Shown: positions 1 to 6,250 of the stretch, piece after piece
Layout of the letters: each line of letters starts with the position of its first letter
How positions within the stretch are numbered: position 1 is the stretch's first letter
IMG/VR virus record: IMGVR_UViG_3300049617_000342
Location: 82,536-93,434 of that record
Origin: a virus
Lineage: Duplodnaviria > Heunggongvirae > Uroviricota > Caudoviricetes
Direction: 5' to 3' (one strand)
DNA length: 10,899 bases
Position numbers and translations under genes: made by a program
Notes under the pieces: model-generated
Databases searched by the model: none
What the model saw: only the letters and a program-made list of their open reading frames with translations
Told to the model about the DNA's origin: nothing

Positions 1-3000
1 GTCAGGTGGAACGGGTCGCTGCCGGCCAGGAACAGGCTGGCGGTCCCGGCGTTGCCCGTGCTGCCCGCAACGAAGGGCTGCTCGATGAAGTACGTGGGGC
101 CGATCAGGTTGTTGTTGAAGCCCGGGACGCCCCAGTAGTCTCCCGCTATGGCCGGCGTGCCGCCGACGCCGCTGGTGCCGTCCACCTTGAAGTAGGCGTC
201 GTTGGCGGCCTGCGGGGTCGCCACGTTGCCCGCGTTGACCACGCTCTCCATGTTGCCGCCCGCGTAGGGGTTGGCGTTGGAGATGCCCATGACGATGGGC
301 TGGGGCAGCGTCGGGCTGGACGCTCCCGGGGTGACCGCGGCCTGGTAGACCCTGTTGTTCCCGCTGAGGAGCTGGGTGCCCACGACGGTCATGCCGGTGG
401 CTACGGTCACGCCGTCGATGACGCCCGGGGTCACCGTGGGGAGCGCCGTGTCCACGCCGTCGTAGAGGGTGACCTTGTTGATCCCGCCGCCGTTCCCGCT
501 GCCGCTGCCCACGCCGAGCTGGACGATGTTCGCCTGTGATATGGCGCTGACCGTGGTGCCGTCCGCCGAGAAGATGGCGACCTGGCCGAGCGATATGCCC
601 GTGCCCGCGAAGACCGCCCTGGGGGCCGCCGCCATCGTGGCGCCGTCCGCGGGGGCCGGGAGGACGAGCATCGTGCCGCTCATCCTGTCGTCGGCGCCGA
701 CCATCGCGGGGATGATGGCTATGGCGAACCAGCGCCACATGCCGGCCGCGGGTATGACGGGCGTGAAGTTGGGCGGGAAGGCCGTGACGCCGTCGGCCTG
801 GTAGACGTTGCCGTTCTGGAAGTCGAGCTGGGCGCCGCCGAAGTCCAGGAGGAAGCTGCTGATCCTCTGGCTGCGGGTCTCCCCGGTCAGCATGAGGACG
901 TCGGAGTCGGTGATCAGGAGGCGGGTGCTCGCGGGCTTGGCCTGCTGCATCCTCACTTCGCTGAAGTAGTCGTCTATGACCCCGAGCGCGCCGTCGAGGT
1001 TGGTGGCCTCGCGGTCCCTCATGGCGAACGAGTGGCTGCCCACTATGACCTGGTTGCCGGTCCTGCGGGCGATTATGACGGTGTTGTCGTCCTCGGCGAC
1101 GGTCGATATGGTGCCGACGTTGACGGTCAGGTTGGTCGACGCGCTGCCGGTGCGGTTGATCTCCACCCAGGCTATGGCCCCGTCGGCGGCCAGGACGACG
1201 GACCCGGCGAGGATGTTGTTGCGGGCCTCGGGTAGCCCCGGGACCTGTACGTTCGCGTTGGCGGACCAGCTCAGGGTGTTGGTCGAGAGGTCCCAGCCCC
1301 AGGTCCCGCCGCGCACCAGCTTGAGGTTGCGGTCCTCGTTGATCTGTAGGTCGAACACCCCGGCCTGCGCGTCCAGCTCGCTGATCGCGTTGGTGAGGTT
1401 GGTGTACGGCGTGACGTAGTTGTCGCTGGTGTACTGCGGCTCGGTGGCGCCGGCGTTGGGGCTGCCGATGTACTTGAGGATGTTGGCCGCGGTGTTGCCG
1501 CCGACCGCTATGCTCTCGCCGACCGCCAGGTCGCTGTCGTGGGTCTTGATGGTGACGGCGCCGTCGTACAGCGCGAGCCAGTACACCTGCTCGGCGCCCG
1601 TCGAGAGGCTGCCGTTCTGCCCGGGCACGTTGGGCACGCTCGACACGATGTAGTAGCCGACGCCGCCCGAGACGTACGGGTACGCGAGGGTGGGAGGGCT
1701 GGCGATCGGGTTGATGATGGCCGTCGGGTCGGGCGTGACGCCCGAGAAGAGGCCGGTGCCCGGGGAGTACGCGGTGTAGGCGAACTGGACGTCGTTGCAG
1801 AGTACGATGCCGCCGCCCGCGGCGTAGTTCCCGCCGAGGTTGACCGTGATGCTGGTCGGGGTGACCGCGGTGACGCTCTTGGGGTTGACCGGGTTGATGC
1901 CGTCGTTGCCGAACCCGTAGCTGGCCGGCTCGTCCTGGTTGGGCAGGAGCACGTAGAGCGCGGGGTAGGTCGTGAGGTCGATGTCCGCGAAGCCGTTCAG
2001 GGTGGCGTTGTGCTGCCTGCCGAGCCTGTAGATGGTGCTGCCGGGCTCAAGCTCCAGGTGCCCCACGGGGCCCTGGGTGATCTCGTCGCCTATGGTGACG
2101 GGCGGGACGGAGGTCAGTGGGTTGGGCACCACGCCGGAGAACACCCCGGTGAGGGGCGCGTAGCTCGTGTACGAGAACGTGTTGACGCCGTCGGTGAAGC
2201 TGGCGGGGCCCGCTGCGAACTCGTTGTCCGGGCCGACGGTGACGGTGGTCGAGGTGGCGCCGGTGACGGTCGCCTGCACTCCTAGCGCGGTCCACACGCC
2301 GCCGAACACCACGGCCAGCGCGCCGTTCTGGACGGCGTTTATGAGGGGCGAGCCCCCGCCGCCGCCGCCCGCGGGCGAGTACCAGTAGGGCGTGCCCTTG
2401 ATCTCCTTCACCATGGACATCATGGCGTCCATCCAGTTCTTAAGCGTGAGGAGGTTCTTGTCGGCGCCCTCGAAGGGGGCGTTGGTCGGGGTGGCCAGCG
2501 TCGAGGTTACCGCGTTCTCCTGGCGGGACTGCGCCGGGCTGGGGAGGTTGGGCCACGCGTAGTTGTTGGCCGGGTTGGGCGTGTTGCCGCCGGTCCCGAG
2601 CCTGAAGAACATCGGGCGGCAGTCGGTGAGCGCGGTGGCGACGCCCGAGCTGTTGGTCGCGACCTTGTAGAGGGGCAGGAGCCCCGGCGTGAAACCGCTG
2701 ACGTTGCTGGTGACGTTGAGGGTCAGGTTTATGACGGTGTCTATGGTCTCGGTGAACTCCCCGCCGGCCCCGCCGTTGGCCCCCTGGTCCCAGAACGCCC
2801 TGATGTCCGGGGTCCCGAGGACGGTGCTGAGGCTGGCCTCGACGTAGTTGGTGGCGCTGGCGCTGAGGCTGACGACGGCGTCGGCCTCCTGGCCGCTGGA
2901 GACGTAGAAGCCCGCGGCCTGGGTGGTGGCCTCGGGGAAGAGCAGGGCGACGTCGCTGAGCTTGACCGTGAAGCCCGGGACGAGGAAGATGTTGGCGTAG

Positions 3001-3158
3001 TCCGTGACCTCGAAGCCGGCCACGACGTAGTTGGCGGACGTGAACACGCCCTGGAGGAAGAACCTCCAGTCATTCAACCCAAATCCTTCCAGGGCACGGG
3101 CATCAGGTATGTCGAGTCTTTCGTTAGGGTTTAGAGAGACTCGTTGTAATACGGCCAC
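1..3158 (-). CDS. Large virion structural protein, tail-fibre / baseplate-attached protein (3'-partial, >1052 aa)
   Basis: Not in the ORF track because it has no stop in the window. My translation from GTG at 3158 (directly after the HNH TAA, GGAG 6 nt upstream) reads MAVLQRVSLNPNERLDIPDARALEGFGLNDWRFFLQGVFTSANYVVAGFEV...RAFWDQGANGGAGGEFTETIDT...FFRLGTGGNTPNP...FEGADKNLLTLKNWMDAMMSMVKEIKGTPYWY...YTSDNYVTPYTNLTNAISELDAQ...EDRNLKLVRGGTWGWDLSTNTLSWS...IDGVTVATGMTVV...SDPFHL and stays open to the window edge. Codons are almost all G/C-ending after codon 29. IDGVxV is a motif I recall from phage tail-fibre proteins. The CDS is near certain; the product is inferred from position and composition. 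Confidence 0.8.
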   Translation of the reverse strand, partial: MAVLQRVSLNPNERLDIPDARALEGFGLNDWRFFLQGVFTSANYVVAGFEVTDYANIFLVPGFTVKLSDVALLFPEATTQAAGFYVSSGQEADAVVSLSASATNYVEASLSTVLGTPDIRAFWDQGANGGAGGEFTETIDTVINLTLNVTSNVSGFTPGLLPLYKVATNSSGVATALTDCRPMFFRLGTGGNTPNPANNYAWPNLPSPAQSRQENAVTSTLATPTNAPFEGADKNLLTLKNWMDAMMSMVKEIKGTPYWYSPAGGGGGGSPLINAVQNGALAVVFGGVWTALGVQATVTGATSTTVTVGPDNEFAAGPASFTDGVNTFSYTSYAPLTGVFSGVVPNPLTSVPPVTIGDEITQGPVGHLELEPGSTIYRLGRQHNATLNGFADIDLTTYPALYVLLPNQDEPASYGFGNDGINPVNPKSVTAVTPTSITVNLGGNYAAGGGIVLCNDVQFAYTAYSPGTGLFSGVTPDPTAIINPIASPPTLAYPYVSGGVGYYIVSSVPNVPGQNGSLSTGAEQVYWLALYDGAVTIKTHDSDLAVGESIAVGGNTAANILKYIGSPNAGATEPQYTSDNYVTPYTNLTNAISELDAQAGVFDLQINEDRNLKLVRGGTWGWDLSTNTLSWSANANVQVPGLPEARNNILAGSVVLAADGAIAWVEINRTGSASTNLTVNVGTISTVAEDDNTVIIARRTGNQVIVGSHSFAMRDREATNLDGALGVIDDYFSEVRMQQAKPASTRLLITDSDVLMLTGETRSQRISSFLLDFGGAQLDFQNGNVYQADGVTAFPPNFTPVIPAAGMWRWFAIAIIPAMVGADDRMSGTMLVLPAPADGATMAAAPRAVFAGTGISLGQVAIFSADGTTVSAISQANIVQLGVGSGSGNGGGINKVTLYDGVDTALPTVTPGVIDGVTVATGMTVVGTQLLSGNNRVYQAAVTPGASSPTLPQPIVMGISNANPYAGGNMESVVNAGNVATPQAANDAYFKVDGTSGVGGTPAIAGDYWGVPGFNNNLIGPTYFIEQPFVAGSTGNAGTASLFLAGSDPFHL
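3127..3137. repeat. 11-bp direct repeat GGGTTTAGAGA, copy downstream of the HNH gene (inside codons 8-11 of the tail-fibre-like gene)
   Basis: Exact match to 3389..3399; the neighbouring bases differ on both sides. Confidence 0.8.
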
Positions 3159-3380
3159 TTAGGTCTCCAGCTTGTTTCCCTTCCTGGCATTGTCGATCCC
3201 GGGAAGGTACTGTAGGTTCCACGGCACGTGAAGGCCGCAGACGTCGGGGTGCTTTAATGGAATGATGTGGTCAACCTGAAAGCCCTCTGGACAGCCGTCA
3301 TAGACCTTCTTCAGTGCGCCTTTGTCGGCCCACTTTGGTGTAGCCATTAGCTTACAGGGGCCGTTGCAGGTTTTTGCCAT
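3159..3380 (-). CDS. Minimal HNH (beta-beta-alpha-Me) endonuclease, free-standing homing-endonuclease-like, 73 aa
   Basis: The sequence ATPKWAD...VDHIIPL...VCGLHVPWNLQYL...DNARKGNK matches the phage HNH family pattern, with D37-H38, N55 and N64. 22 of 73 codons end in A/T, unlike the flanking structural genes. The start overlaps the upstream stop (TAATG). Confidence 0.9.
   Translation of the reverse strand: MAKTCNGPCKLMATPKWADKGALKKVYDGCPEGFQVDHIIPLKHPDVCGLHVPWNLQYLPGIDNARKGNKLET
3165..3168 (-). promoter_or_regulatory. Putative Shine-Dalgarno GGAG for the tail-fibre-like gene, embedded in the last HNH codons
   Basis: The minus strand reads CT-GGAG-ACCTAA-GTG, a 6-nt spacer to the GTG at 3158. 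Confidence 0.6.
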
Positions 3381-3637
3381 TATTCCTTGGGTTTAGAGAT
3401 CAGCTCGATGACCGTCTCGCCGTTCTCTAGGGTCTTCATGTAGTTGAGCGTAGCGCATTCGCTGACCTCGTCGGCCACCGTGAACACCTTCTGGCCCCTG
3501 CTCCTGTCGAAGTACCTGACGCTGGCGCTCCACTGCTTGTCCGCCGCGGCCGCGAAGATCTCCAGTCGGGCGCAGCTTATGGGCTTGCCGTCAAGGAACA
3601 CCTTGGTCCGTCTGGGGGCAGGTAGGCTTGTGAGCAT
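3380..3637 (-). CDS. Hypothetical protein, 85 aa
   Basis: ATG at 3637 lies 28 nt after the upstream TAG. Codons are mostly G/C-ending with AGG for Arg, like its neighbours. The stop overlaps the HNH start (TAATG). No recognisable motif; the start codon is uncertain because there is no clear SD. Confidence 0.75.
   Translation of the reverse strand: MLTSLPAPRRTKVFLDGKPISCARLEIFAAAADKQWSASVRYFDRSRGQKVFTVADEVSECATLNYMKTLENGETVIELISKPKE
3389..3399. repeat. 11-bp direct repeat GGGTTTAGAGA, copy upstream of the HNH gene (3' end of the 85-aa gene)
   Basis: Exact match to 3127..3137, offset 262 bp. It coincides with the edge of the low-GC patch. Confidence 0.8.
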
Positions 3638-3665
3638 ACCAGGATTATCCCGCGACTAGGGCAGC

Positions 3666-5939
3666 CTACTGCGGCACGACCAGCGGCGGGGCCAGGCTGG
3701 TGTCCAGCGGCCCCGTGGTGTAGAGCGGGGTCAGGACCGGCCACATCTCGCTGGGCACGTTTATGACGAAGTTCAGGACCACGCCGGCGGCGGCGATGTC
3801 GGCCAGGTACTGGGCTATGGCGTCCCTGGCCGGGCTCGTGCTCGTGATGTAGACGGGCAGGTCCTGGCCGTCGGTGCGCGGGACGTACGGGCCTATCTGC
3901 CTGACGAGCCTCATGGGGCTGCCCGGGAGCCACGTGTTCTGGAACTGGTGGCTCGGGTCGAGGATGATGGCCTCGCTGCCTATCACCGCCGAGAAGGCTA
4001 TCGGGCCCTCCTGGTCCTCCCTGTCGAAGCCGAACACCACGTAGCCGGTCTGCGGCCAGCCCTCGGCGTCCTGGACGAGCACGACGGTCTGGCTGGAGCC
4101 CTGCGGTATCTCCTGGGTGATCGGGGTCGCGAGGTTGCTGGCCTCGAACGGCGCCTTGGGGTCGTAGAGGAAGCTGCCCGCGTAGTTGGGGGACAGCTCG
4201 GCGCCGCACCCCAGGACCTCGTTGCCGAGCAGCGCGGGGCTGTTGGTCGGGTCGGGGAACACGCCCTCGAGGGTCACGCCGTCCACGTTGATGCCGGAGT
4301 ACGAGTACCTCTCCACGTAGTCGGCGCTGCCGCCGACTATGCTTATGCCGCCTATCGGCCCGACCGTCTGGGCGGTCGGCACCACCGAGCCGAGGCCGGT
4401 GTACGTGACCGTGTTGCTGGGGTGCGCCGTGTTCCATGCCGTGACAACCGAGGCCACCGTGTCCGTTCCGTTGAACGCGAGGAAGATGCCGTTGCCGAGC
4501 TGCCCGGGAGCCACCGCCGTGAACGTGATGTTCGGCGTGTCGATCGTGTCCACCGCCTGGGCATAGATGAACGGGGTGGGCTGCACATTCTGGAGGGTGT
4601 TGCCGACGATGCCCTGGTAGTAGTAGAACTGGTTGTTGACGCCGGAGCAGAGCGCGCCCTGGCTCGGCCAGCCCTGCGCGTCTATCAGCGTTATGGTGTT
4701 GGCCGTGATGCTGCTCACGAAGCCCGTCGCCATGTTCCTCGCGCCCGTCCTGGCTATCGCCCCCGCCGGGGCCAGGCCCACCGTCGAGCCTAGCTGTAGG
4801 GTGTTGGACGTCGCCGCCACGACCGTGCTGATGCCGCCGTGGAGGTGCTCGGACCCGGCCAGGAACCTCTTGACGAGCGGGCTGCTGACGGGGAGCAGTA
4901 TGTCTATCTGCCCCGGCGTGACCTCCAGGACCGTCGCCGGCCTGCTGGCGAGGAGTATGTTGGCGTTCTCGGCCTGGTAGAAGGCGAAGTCGTTGAGGTG
5001 GCCGTTCGTGACGCTGGCCTGGGGCACCCCGGCCGGGTTCTCGACCACGAACTCGGTGTCGGTGGCGCTCACGACCGGGAACGTCCCGGTGTTGGCCAGC
5101 GCGAAGCCGCTGTCCGACCTTATGGTGACCAGGTTGCCGGCCTTGACGCCCGAGGTCTGCATAGCCGGGCTTACGCCGCTCAGGAACGTGTACATCATCT
5201 GGTCGCCGCCGCCCACCCTGCTGACCGACCACGTCCCTATGCCCTGGACCGTGGGCAGAACGCTGGGGAACAGGAGTATGGGCTGGGCGCTGCCGCCCGT
5301 CACCTGCAGGAAGCCCTGCGCGCCGATGGTCCTGTCGTAGATCTGGACGAACTGGTCGCCGTTCCTGATGTCCGTGACGACCTGGCCGACTATGGCGCCG
5401 TTGGTGCCCCGGGTTATCGCGCCGGCGACCTCCCCCGCTGTGGCCGCGGCGATGTCGAGGAAGTCCGCCGTTACGAACTTCACCGTGTACATCTGGTGGT
5501 CCGCGACCAGCGTGAGGTTCCAGCCGTCCTCGAGCGCGTACGGCGCGGAGGCCTGGGTCGTCATGTTGGCCCTCGTGGCGAGGGGGCCGTAGACGATGTC
5601 CAGTATGTCGTTCATTATGCTGGCGATCTGCTTGGGGCTCATCCCGAGCTTGGGTATGAGCCTCTGGAAGTCCTGGTCCTGGATGCCGGTGGCCTGGTCC
5701 CTGACGACGCCGTAGACGCCGGCGCGCTGGTCGAGGTAGCTGCCCGTGGCCGATACGACCAGTAGGTTGTCGTGGACCGCCTGGACGGTGTAGTCGATGA
5801 AGCCGTCGCCGACGGCCAGGGCCTGGAGCAGCCCGCTGAGGTACTTCTGGGCCGCGGCCTTGTACCGCTTGGGGAACTTGCTCAGGAGGCGGAGGTAGGC
5901 GTCGTTCTGGTAGTCCTGCAGGCTGACCGGGTCTGCCAC
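3666..5939 (-). CDS. Baseplate wedge subunit, gpI / Mu gp48 / DUF2612-like, expanded with inserted beta-rich domains (757 aa)
   Basis: The N-terminal SATGSYLDQRAGVYGVVRDQATGIQDQDFQRLI resembles the A-x-G-x-x-LD-x-x-G-x-x-x-G-x-x-R...D-x-x-F/Y-R pattern of baseplate wedge proteins. The C-terminal IAAAGVVLNF resembles the (P/A)AGV motif of that family. It lies between a J-like and a fibre-like gene. GC3 is very high. The GTG start is 1 nt after the upstream TAG. Confidence 0.7.
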   Translation of the reverse strand: MADPVSLQDYQNDAYLRLLSKFPKRYKAAAQKYLSGLLQALAVGDGFIDYTVQAVHDNLLVVSATGSYLDQRAGVYGVVRDQATGIQDQDFQRLIPKLGMSPKQIASIMNDILDIVYGPLATRANMTTQASAPYALEDGWNLTLVADHQMYTVKFVTADFLDIAAATAGEVAGAITRGTNGAIVGQVVTDIRNGDQFVQIYDRTIGAQGFLQVTGGSAQPILLFPSVLPTVQGIGTWSVSRVGGGDQMMYTFLSGVSPAMQTSGVKAGNLVTIRSDSGFALANTGTFPVVSATDTEFVVENPAGVPQASVTNGHLNDFAFYQAENANILLASRPATVLEVTPGQIDILLPVSSPLVKRFLAGSEHLHGGISTVVAATSNTLQLGSTVGLAPAGAIARTGARNMATGFVSSITANTITLIDAQGWPSQGALCSGVNNQFYYYQGIVGNTLQNVQPTPFIYAQAVDTIDTPNITFTAVAPGQLGNGIFLAFNGTDTVASVVTAWNTAHPSNTVTYTGLGSVVPTAQTVGPIGGISIVGGSADYVERYSYSGINVDGVTLEGVFPDPTNSPALLGNEVLGCGAELSPNYAGSFLYDPKAPFEASNLATPITQEIPQGSSQTVVLVQDAEGWPQTGYVVFGFDREDQEGPIAFSAVIGSEAIILDPSHQFQNTWLPGSPMRLVRQIGPYVPRTDGQDLPVYITSTSPARDAIAQYLADIAAAGVVLNFVINVPSEMWPVLTPLYTTGPLDTSLAPPLVVPQ

Positions 5940-5940
5940 G

Positions 5941-6249
5941 CTACTTGGCCTTCTTGACTTTATCCGCGAGCATGAAGAGCCTGGACCTTATGGGGTCGCT
6001 CTTGGCCTCGGCCTCCGCGAACTTGTCCCGGAGGTGCGGGGGCACCATCTCCCTGGCCGCGTCCATCTGCTCCTGCTTCTTCTGGTCGTTGAGGCTCCTG
6101 AGGTGCACGTCCGTGAACGTGCCGGCGTGCAGGGCGGCGCCGCCCGTGAGGCTTCCGGTCGCGGAGACGCCCTGCGCCGCTCCACCCGACTGGGTCTTGC
6201 AGAGGTCGTTGGCGATCTTCAGTATCTCGAGAAGCGGCTTGCTTGGCAT
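5941..6249 (-). CDS. Hypothetical protein, 102 aa (Gly/Ala linker followed by a charged, helical-looking C-terminus)
   Basis: It fills the gap exactly, as TAA-g-ATG at 6253..6247 and TAG-c-GTG at 5943..5937. Codons are mostly G/C-ending. No recognisable family. Confidence 0.8.
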   Translation of the reverse strand: MPSKPLLEILKIANDLCKTQSGGAAQGVSATGSLTGGAALHAGTFTDVHLRSLNDQKKQEQMDAAREMVPPHLRDKFAEAEAKSDPIRSRLFMLADKVKKAK

Positions 6250-6250
6250 C

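Larger units (their letters stand above)
3072..3399. other. Low-GC patch covering the HNH gene, the last codons of the 85-aa gene and the first 29 codons of the tail-fibre-like gene
   Basis: Hand count gives 177 G+C in 340 nt for 3061..3400 (52%). The two adjacent 60-nt lines at 2881..3000 give 44/60 and 38/60. Confidence 0.85.

Noticed and set aside
2741-3073. 110-aa minus-strand ORF starting at ATG 3073, and other short minus ORFs (2047..2295, 4352..4588, 5988..6185)
   Set aside because: They are out of frame inside real genes and have Ser/Arg/Pro/Thr-rich shadow composition. The true frame at 3073 starts at GTG 3158.
3159-3380. HNH as a group I intron-encoded enzyme
   Set aside because: The ORF abuts genes on both sides with -1 and 0 nt spacing, leaving no room for an intron core, and the neighbouring frames are not interrupted.
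3380-3637. 85-aa protein as a colicin-type DNase immunity protein (similar length, next to an HNH)
   Set aside because: It lacks the acidic helical character and the DLIYYP-like motif of Im7/Im9 proteins. Only the size matches.
3638-3665. Promoter or terminator in the only sizeable intergenic gap (GATAAT 6 nt before ATG 3637; GGAT-A-ATCC mini-palindrome; TAGG/CCTA stem)
   Set aside because: The -10-like hexamer lacks the conserved first T and has no -35. The stems are only 4 bp with no U-tract. A leaderless or phage-specific promoter cannot be excluded without TSS mapping.
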